Of a stretch of 64,000 nucleotides of DNA, positions 57,195-64,000 are shown piece by piece. Both the position numbers and the translations under genes were made by a program. Location: NCBI GenBank assembly GCA_041576975.1, contig JBFGJY010000002.1, positions 32,187 through 96,186 on the forward strand. The letters are read 5' to 3'. Under the pieces are notes generated by a model. The model did not search any database, was not told the origin of the DNA, and saw only the letters and a list, made by a program, of their open reading frames with translations. This stretch comes from Gammaproteobacteria bacterium (GTDB taxonomy: Bacteria > Pseudomonadota > Gammaproteobacteria > UBA4575). Numbering within the stretch: position 1 is the stretch's first letter; each line of letters begins with the position of its first letter.

Positions 57195-58391
57195 CTAGAG
57201 TTTGAACATCGACTTACTAGCTCGTCGTAACTCAATTAGAATATCTTTTTGTAGTTGATCAAGTTCAGCAATTTTAGATTCAGCTGCACCACTTAACCAA
57301 GCTGTTGCAGTGTTTTTCTTCTTGGTAAAGTAATTTAAGATAAATTGTTCTGACATTAATACAAATTTAATAGCTTTTTCTGGATCGACTTGTATAAATG
57401 GATTTTGTGCAATTTGTAAAGCAGAAGCTTCTTGTGCTGCGCAGAACTTATTTAATAAATAGTATAGAGATATTCGAGCATGTCGTAATGAGTTGATAAC
57501 GCGTTGTTTTGATTCCTCATTTAAACTTGCTTCAACGATGGCATCAAGCCATAAGATTAGATCGTTCTCTGAAATAACTACTTCACTAGCTTTGATTTCA
57601 TTGACTAAATCATAAATTCGTTGTTGCACTTCTTTAGTTTCATCTTTAGTTTGCTTGCGCTTCATGGTGCGTTTCCACAACGTTTGCGCTTCTTGCAGAT
57701 CTGCTCGCAAAATATCAAGCTCTTGCTGTTTTTGTTGAATAGTTTCTTCACGTGTTTCAATAAGCTTGCGCTTTTGGTGAATGGCACGTGCTAATACTTT
57801 CAGGCGTAAAATATAATATTCAGATAAAATTTTACCTATAGAAGCCGTTTGTTTGCGCAGTAGCCCTATAGAGGTTTTAAATCGTTTAGTATCGTCGTCA
57901 TTTATAGGCTTGACATTTTCAAGATTCGCCAGGCTTTCATGTAGATGAATTGTTTCACTTCTCACATCTATTAATAAATTATTAATTGCATTGATGTGTT
58001 TAACAAACGTTGTATTTCCTACTTTTCTTGTTCCGCGCTGTGCGGATTGCAACATGTCTACTAGTAAAAGGATTTTGTTTTTAAAGACCCGTAAATTAGC
58101 TGATCCTGTGGTTGTTTTGGCTTTATCCAATGCAACAACAAGCTGATCGCCATAGGTATCTTGATCCCGCATGCGGCGTTTTAGATGAAAAGAGTTTGCC
58201 GCCATAATTAGATCATCGACTGCACTGCGTGAAGCCATCGGTATTTTTTCACTGATATCAGCAGGAATATTGTTAGGCAGTTGTTCAATAGGCAGTTCAG
58301 AGATGCGAGCAGGCGGAAGCGTCTGCAACAGTTTTAGAAACTGCTGCAACGATAATGGTGCTTGAATTTCCGTATTGGTTTGTGCATTCAT
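57195..58391 (-). CDS. Hypothetical coiled-coil protein (398 aa), no recognisable catalytic motif
   Basis: Long heptad-rich, charged, alpha-helical sequence. Convergent with the speA-linked operon. Confidence 0.55.
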   Translation of the reverse strand: MNAQTNTEIQAPLSLQQFLKLLQTLPPARISELPIEQLPNNIPADISEKIPMASRSAVDDLIMAANSFHLKRRMRDQDTYGDQLVVALDKAKTTTGSANLRVFKNKILLLVDMLQSAQRGTRKVGNTTFVKHINAINNLLIDVRSETIHLHESLANLENVKPINDDDTKRFKTSIGLLRKQTASIGKILSEYYILRLKVLARAIHQKRKLIETREETIQQKQQELDILRADLQEAQTLWKRTMKRKQTKDETKEVQQRIYDLVNEIKASEVVISENDLILWLDAIVEASLNEESKQRVINSLRHARISLYYLLNKFCAAQEASALQIAQNPFIQVDPEKAIKFVLMSEQFILNYFTKKKNTATAWLSGAAESKIAELDQLQKDILIELRRASKSMFKL

Positions 58392-58543
58392 AATTTTTTA
58401 TTCGGGCAGGTAAATATCAGCCCTGCCAGCCTTAGTCTCTGATCTTGCGTGAATTTAAGGTGAAAGTTTAGGGCGGAGTGCACAAATGGCACGAGAGGGC
58501 GACGAAACCAATGGTTCTCTCGTTTAAAGGGTATGTAATGGGT

Positions 58544-59593
58544 TTAATGGGCGACGAAATCTAGCATTCGGCTGGTCGATCGATAGGCCTTTTGGCGAAT
58601 ATCTTCATCAACAAAAATTTCGTTTTCACCTGACGCGAGTACCGCTTCTAGGTTGTGTAAGCCATTCATCGCCATCCATGGGCAGTGTGCACAACTTTTA
58701 CAAGTTGCGCCTTCCCCTGCTGTGGGAGCTTCGATAAAAATCTTATTTGGGGCCTCTTGTTTCATTTTGTAGAAAATACGGTTATCCGTCGCAACAATAA
58801 ATTTTTTATGAGGCAGTTCTTTTGCCGCTTTAATAAGTGTAGTCGTGGAGCCTACTACATCTGCAACGTCGATAACGGCAGCGGGGGATTCAGGATGTAC
58901 TAGAATACCGGCCTCAGGGTGTTGTTCCATTAATTCTCCTAGTGCACGCGCCTTAAATTCCTCATGTACAATACATGCGCCTTGCCATATAACCATATCC
59001 GCACCAGTTACTCTTTCAATATAATGACCCAGGTGTTTATCTGGAGCCCAAAGAATTTTCTTATCTTGATCCATCAGATGCGAAACAACTTTAACAGCAA
59101 TGCTAGATGTCACCACCCAATCAGCGCGGGCTTTAACTTCGGCGCTGGTATTGGCATAAACCACTACTTCATGATCTGGGTATCGATCGCAAAACTCACT
59201 AAATTCTTTTGCTGGACAGCCTAAATCAAGTGAACAAGTAGCTTCTAAAGTGGGCATGAGTACGCGTTTTTCTGGGTTTAATATCTTTGCGGTTTCACCC
59301 ATGAAACGAACTCCCGCGACGATAAGTGTAGTTGCAGGATGTCGATTGCCAAAACGTGCCATTTCTAATGAGTCGGATACATAGCCCCCTGTGTCTTCGG
59401 CGATCATTTGCAAATCTTCATTAGTGTAGTAATGAGCAACTAACACAGCATTTTCTTGCTTAAGTAATCGCTTTATGTTTGCAATTTTTTCTTCTCTTTG
59501 GTGCGATGTGTAAACAGGTAAATTTGATTGAATAACCGCAGTTTCAGGAATGCCTTTTAACGGCACCGCAAATTCGATTGATGTGTCTGACAT
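58544..59593 (-). CDS. nadA: Quinolinate synthase A
   Basis: 349 aa with conserved cluster-ligand cysteines (CxxC...C, NadA type I). Confidence 0.9.
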   Translation of the reverse strand: MSDTSIEFAVPLKGIPETAVIQSNLPVYTSHQREEKIANIKRLLKQENAVLVAHYYTNEDLQMIAEDTGGYVSDSLEMARFGNRHPATTLIVAGVRFMGETAKILNPEKRVLMPTLEATCSLDLGCPAKEFSEFCDRYPDHEVVVYANTSAEVKARADWVVTSSIAVKVVSHLMDQDKKILWAPDKHLGHYIERVTGADMVIWQGACIVHEEFKARALGELMEQHPEAGILVHPESPAAVIDVADVVGSTTTLIKAAKELPHKKFIVATDNRIFYKMKQEAPNKIFIEAPTAGEGATCKSCAHCPWMAMNGLHNLEAVLASGENEIFVDEDIRQKAYRSTSRMLDFVAH

Positions 59594-60121
59594 ACTAAAA
59601 GTCGCAGTAATACCTATGTTTTTTTATATATAAGGGCAGACAAGGTTTAAATCAACCCCCCAAACACGAGACTCAGTGTAATTTACTAGATATAGAATGA
59701 GTACTATAAATAAAAGTAATAGTAGAATTTGTTTTTATATGGACTAAGTTTGCTATGCATTGTTCACTTGCTTTAAATTAATAAAATGGATTAGATTGCT
59801 CCAGACAGTGCGCAAACTTTACCAGGTTTGATTAATCAGCGCGCTTCATGTTTATCTCTATCGGAAGCTTACGGCTATTATGATGATGAGAACCAAGTCT
59901 GCAGCAGAATAAGCTGGCAGCAATTTACATTTGAAGCGGCAAGGATTCAAGCAGTATTAAAAAAATGAGCAAATTTTAAATAGATGATTGAAAAAGAGTT
60001 GCTTGCACTGACATTAAAAATTAAATGAGCTAAACATTTAAAAATAATTTGTAAAAAAATATAGACACTATGTATCAATCTTTGCCAGTAGAAAAAAACC
60101 TAAATATCGTGACTAATAACT

Positions 60122-60611
60122 ATGTCAATAAAATTTAAACAATATTTATTACCAACTCTACTCTTGATACTTGTTGCTTGTGGTACAACTCATAGTCCTA
60201 CCTATGGGCCTATCAACGAAGACGTTTTTCAGGATGTGTTTTTAACGAGTATTGGAGATCAGCAACAGCAAATTTTGTTTTACAGTCGCGCAATCTGGTA
60301 TCCAAATAAAAACGGATTTAAATTTTTACCAGCAGGGAAAAAAATCACATAAAGGAATAATTGTGTGTACTGATCAAGGCGTTTATTTCACTGAATGGAA
60401 TACTAGTGGCAGTTATAGTACCGAATTTTTAGCAAAATATGATCAAATTGAAATGTTGCGACATGCAGCGAATAATCTTTTTGGGCGTGTGGTCATAAAA
60501 AAAGACCATTTTAATAGTTTTGAAATTCTAGGTATTGATGGAGCAGATTTACCAAATAAAGAACAAACGGAAATTGCTTATAAAATCATTCAACAACAAG
60601 CTGAAAGTTAA
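60122..60611 (+). pseudogene. Lipoprotein gene (about 163 aa) interrupted by a +1/-1 frameshift at an A7 tract (60338-60344)
   Basis: ORF 60122-60352 (signal peptide plus lipobox LVAC) and ORF 60252-60611 are in adjacent frames and fuse if one A is removed from the homopolymer. Confidence 0.5.
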
Positions 60612-60642
60612 TAACAGACGTAGCTCTTCGGTATTTACAGGA

Positions 60643-61185
60643 TTAATGTTTGGCCTGCATTAAAATTGTATCAATGTGATTTGTGCGCAAGCGATTGCGT
60701 AATTGCTCTAAAGTTTGCCGGTCATTTGAAGGCCCAATACGCACTCGATGCCATTTTGAGTTATTTACCACTACCGATTGAATGTGGGCTTCTACCCCTA
60801 GCAATGCTAAGCGCGCTTTTAGGCTGTCGGCTTCATTAAATTTTTGGAACGAACCAGCCTGTAACAAATACCCTCCTGTATGGGTTGTGCCTTCGATGCT
60901 GGTAGATTTCTGCTGTGGGGCACGCGTCTCATTATGTGGAATTACAATTTCTAGCTCTGGCAGTAGAGTGTAAAAGTCAAATTTACGTTTTGTAGATTGT
61001 TCAGTTGTTTGTGCATTTTGCTGGTGTTGAGTTGTTGTGTTTGTTTGAGTTTCATCCGCATAACGTCCATTAATACGTGTCAACATCGCAATACCAAGAC
61101 CTATGAGAATACCTAAAGTCAGCCAGATCCAAGCTGGTAAGATATTTAAAGATTGCGCCGAAGGGCGCCTTTTTCTACGAGCCAT
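60643..61185 (-). CDS. SPOR-domain cell-division protein (FtsN/DedD-like)
   Basis: 180 aa. N-terminal basic segment, one TM helix, a Gln-rich linker and a C-terminal SPOR domain. Confidence 0.7.
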   Translation of the reverse strand: MARRKRRPSAQSLNILPAWIWLTLGILIGLGIAMLTRINGRYADETQTNTTTQHQQNAQTTEQSTKRKFDFYTLLPELEIVIPHNETRAPQQKSTSIEGTTHTGGYLLQAGSFQKFNEADSLKARLALLGVEAHIQSVVVNNSKWHRVRIGPSNDRQTLEQLRNRLRTNHIDTILMQAKH

Positions 61186-61190
61186 ATTAT

Positions 61191-61351
61191 TTAACCCTCA
61201 AAGTGCATCAGAGTCCGAATGTTTGGGTGAGAGATCGCTTTGCATAGCGCCTGCTCAGACTGAATGGTATAGTCGCCACTATGGCTTGAAGGAAGAGCAA
61301 GCCATGCAAAGAGAGATTCAGTCAAAACCGGGCAGCCCAGGTCAAATATAA
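61191..61351 (+). repeat. Diverged paralogous element family 2, copy 2 (candidate small-peptide gene or sRNA)
   Basis: Homologous to 2987-3186 (-). The reading frame is kept to the TAA at 61349. The 5' part of ORF 61103-61351 is antisense to the start of the SPOR gene and is probably not translated. Confidence 0.45.
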
Positions 61352-61398
61352 AATGTATTTCTTGAAGTTTTGCATATTATTTATTTAATCAATCGTTA

Positions 61399-61415
61399 AC
61401 GTCCATTTATGGACG
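61399..61415 (-). terminator. Putative argS terminator hairpin
   Basis: cgtcca-ttta-tggacg stem-loop 25 nt after the argS stop, followed by a moderately T-rich tract on the minus strand. Confidence 0.35.
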
Positions 61416-61439
61416 GTCTGGTGCACTATAAGGGTTTAC

Positions 61440-63233
61440 TTACATATGTTGGGGTGCACTGACATCAAGTAGTGTTAGGCCATTTTTCAATACAATTTGA
61501 GTTGCACGAATTAATTTAAGTCGTGCATTTCGAAGGGCCAAATCATCGACTAAAACCTGATGAGCGTTATAAAAGCTATGGAAAGTATTTGCAAGATCGC
61601 GCAAATAATTAACCACGATATGTGGAGAAAATTGGTCAGCCGCTGATATGACTTTTTCAGGGAATTGATCCAAGATGTTTATTAATCCCTTTTCTTGTGT
61701 TTGGTCTAACAGCGATGAATCTGCATCGATAAGTTCATTATCTTCTAGCTGATTACCGGCTTGTTCAAAAATGCTACAAATCCTTGCATGTGCATATTGC
61801 ACATAGTAAACAGGATTATCTTGCGATTGAGAAGTAGCTAAATCCAAATCGAAGTCTAAATGTTGCTCACATTTTCGCATTACATAAAAAAAGCGAGCAG
61901 CATCTTTGCCTACCTGTTTACGTAATTGACGCAGGGTAACAAATTCACCTGAGCGTGTAGACATTGTCAGTTTCTTGCCGCCTTCGTAAAGGTTAGCAAA
62001 CTGTACTAGTAAAATTCTTAAACGCTCAGGATCTTGCCCAAGTGCCTCAATTGCCGCTTTCACTCGAGCGATATAGCCATGATGATCGGCACCCCAAATA
62101 TCTATCAATAGGTCATATTCACGTTCATACTTGTCTAGGTGATAGGCGACATCTGATGCAAAATAAGTGGGCTGACCATTCTCCCGCACCAATACCCGAT
62201 CTTTTTCATCACCAAAATCGGTGCTTCGAAACCAAATTGCACCGTCTTTTGTATAAGTATGACCATTGCTTGTTAGTGTATCGAGTGCGGTTTGAACTTT
62301 ATTACTTTTAACCAATGATTTTTCTGAATACCATTGATTGAAATGTACATCGAATTTTTCTAAATCATCTTTAATATCATTGAGAATCGTATTCAAAGCA
62401 CGATCAGCAAAGATTTCGTAGTCTTTATCTCCTAGCAATTCTTTGCTTTTATTTATAATGGCATCGATATGGATTTCTTTATCGCCACCATTAGGTTCGT
62501 CGGGGGGTATTGCCTGCATCCATAATTGAGTGGAATGATAAAATTGGTTTTCATATTCACGGTGCAGTGATGCGGCAATATCCCAAATGTAATCACCTTG
62601 ATAAGCATTACATGGAAAGTCAAAACTATCGCCACATAATTCCAAGTATCTCAACCATACGGATACGGTGAGGATATCCATCTGTCGACCGGCATCATTT
62701 ACATAATATTCACGATATACCTCGTAACCAACAGCTTCGAGTAAATTGGCAATAGTTGCACCATATGCAGCACCGCGCCCATGGCCCACATGCAATGGCC
62801 CAGTTGGGTTTGCGGAGACAAATTCAATTTTTACTTTTTTACCTGTGAATTTTTTTGAATGACCAAACAGGTTTTGTTTATCGAGTATTTGATTTAATAT
62901 TTCAGCCTGATGATCTGAGCGTAAATAGAAATTAAGGAATCCTGGGCCTGCGATTTCGATTCTAATTTTAGGATCAACTTCATGAATCTTGTCGACAAGC
63001 TTCTGTGCTAAGTCGCGCGGGTTTATTCCATAATCATTTCCGTATTGCAAGGCGAAGTTCGTAGACCAGTCCCCATGGTCTTTATTTTTTGGACGCTGGA
63101 ATTGTGGCTCGTCGAATAGTGGCTCGAATAGTGTAATCCAAGCACCTCCATGATTTAATACTCTTTCACCTTTCAGTTCTTCTGCTGCATTTATTAGGAG
63201 TTTCCGTGCATATTCACTCATAAGTTTTGCCAA
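61440..63233 (-). CDS. argS: Arginine--tRNA ligase
   Basis: 597 aa. HIGH motif HVGHGR and a DALR anticodon-binding C-terminus. The start may instead be the M at 63221. Confidence 0.93.
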   Translation of the reverse strand: MAKLMSEYARKLLINAAEELKGERVLNHGGAWITLFEPLFDEPQFQRPKNKDHGDWSTNFALQYGNDYGINPRDLAQKLVDKIHEVDPKIRIEIAGPGFLNFYLRSDHQAEILNQILDKQNLFGHSKKFTGKKVKIEFVSANPTGPLHVGHGRGAAYGATIANLLEAVGYEVYREYYVNDAGRQMDILTVSVWLRYLELCGDSFDFPCNAYQGDYIWDIAASLHREYENQFYHSTQLWMQAIPPDEPNGGDKEIHIDAIINKSKELLGDKDYEIFADRALNTILNDIKDDLEKFDVHFNQWYSEKSLVKSNKVQTALDTLTSNGHTYTKDGAIWFRSTDFGDEKDRVLVRENGQPTYFASDVAYHLDKYEREYDLLIDIWGADHHGYIARVKAAIEALGQDPERLRILLVQFANLYEGGKKLTMSTRSGEFVTLRQLRKQVGKDAARFFYVMRKCEQHLDFDLDLATSQSQDNPVYYVQYAHARICSIFEQAGNQLEDNELIDADSSLLDQTQEKGLINILDQFPEKVISAADQFSPHIVVNYLRDLANTFHSFYNAHQVLVDDLALRNARLKLIRATQIVLKNGLTLLDVSAPQHM

Positions 63234-63296
63234 TCGATATCAGGACAGCATTGTACTCAAATATTTAGTATCTGCATTAAATTTAGAAAAGTAATG

Positions 63297-64000
63297 TTAT
63301 TCCATCTCAAGTGGGTCTACTTCAATGTTCCAACGTACACGCTTCGCTAATGTCAATTGTTGAATTTTCTGTGTCCAATTATCTAGATATTTATGAATAG
63401 TTTTACGATTGCTAGAGATGATAATTAGCTGACTTTGATACATGCCAGCCTTGCGTTCTAACATAGCTGGAATTGGACCCATGACATTTAACTTGGATGA
63501 ATTTTTTATGATTACGTAAGTTTTAATGTCTTGTAAAAATTGCTGTGTTAAATATTGTTGCGGTGCACGTGCACGTACCAAGACCATGAAGGTATAGGGT
63601 GGTAGTGCACAGCTTTTGCGAATCTTAAGGGATTCTTTAGAAAAGGCTTCGTAACCACGAGCCAATAAACAGCTAAGTAGTGGATGCTGGGGTTGATAGG
63701 TTTGCAGCAGCACTTTCCCTGTATCTGTGCTGCGGCCGGCTCTACCAGAGACTTGCACAATTAATTGGGCAAGCCGTTCGGTGGCACGGAAATCCGTACT
63801 AAATAAACCGTGATCGACATTTAAAATGCCTACCAGAGCAACATTAGGAAAATCATGGCCCTTGGAAAGCATTTGAGTGCCAATGATTATCTGATACTTA
63901 CCATTACGAATATCATTCAACTTGGTTTGCAATGCGTTCTTTTTACGGGTGCTATCACGATCAATTCGAGTAATTGCTACCTTAGGAAATATCTCCAGGA
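63297..64000 (-). CDS. priA: Primosomal protein N' (PriA), C-terminal part; gene continues beyond the window end
   Basis: Helicase motif VI QVSGRAGR plus the PriA C-terminal domain. The reading frame is open to the window edge. Confidence 0.8.
   Translation of the reverse strand, partial: LEIFPKVAITRIDRDSTRKKNALQTKLNDIRNGKYQIIIGTQMLSKGHDFPNVALVGILNVDHGLFSTDFRATERLAQLIVQVSGRAGRSTDTGKVLLQTYQPQHPLLSCLLARGYEAFSKESLKIRKSCALPPYTFMVLVRARAPQQYLTQQFLQDIKTYVIIKNSSKLNVMGPIPAMLERKAGMYQSQLIIISSNRKTIHKYLDNWTQKIQQLTLAKRVRWNIEVDPLEME

Overview
The window is AT-rich (about 38-40% GC) chromosomal DNA from a gammaproteobacterium. It is almost entirely housekeeping genes. Local gene order strongly resembles Pseudomonas: ridA-recG, argH-algZ-algR-hemCDXY, lptM-lysA-dapF-DUF484-xerC, hslVU, ubiE-ubiJ-ubiB-uvrD, thrB-polA-engB-cytochrome c4-dsbA, glnK-amtB and argS-priA. 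The low GC and the MEQFKG extension on HslV suggest a Legionellales/Thiotrichales-like lineage. I recognised no rRNA, tRNA, CRISPR array, transposase or prophage integrase; xerC is the housekeeping copy in its usual dapF context.

Features that are not routine:
- A 10-gene Mrp/CPA3-like cation:proton antiporter module with an Mbh/Mbx-like gene order (E-F-G-B'-B-C-D-D'-x-A'). MrpA is split and there is an extra MrpD paralogue.
- Two dispersed repeat families, each present twice. One carries an internal roughly 50-bp tandem triplication. The other is a diverged pair of about 150-200 nt whose reading frame and amino-acid similarity are both preserved, so it may be a small paralogous peptide gene or an sRNA.
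- A candidate terminator-ended sRNA in the polA-engB spacer, the position occupied by spf/Spot 42 in enterobacteria.
- A near-consensus sigma-54 promoter in front of a Gcw_chp-type outer-membrane beta-barrel-glnK-amtB unit. The barrel gene has an in-frame amber codon inside what looks like its native signal peptide.
- A lipoprotein gene split by a frameshift at an A7 homopolymer.
- A speA-linked operon of unknown membrane proteins plus YcgL, convergent with a 398-aa coiled-coil protein of unknown function.
- Several long structured convergent intergenic regions.
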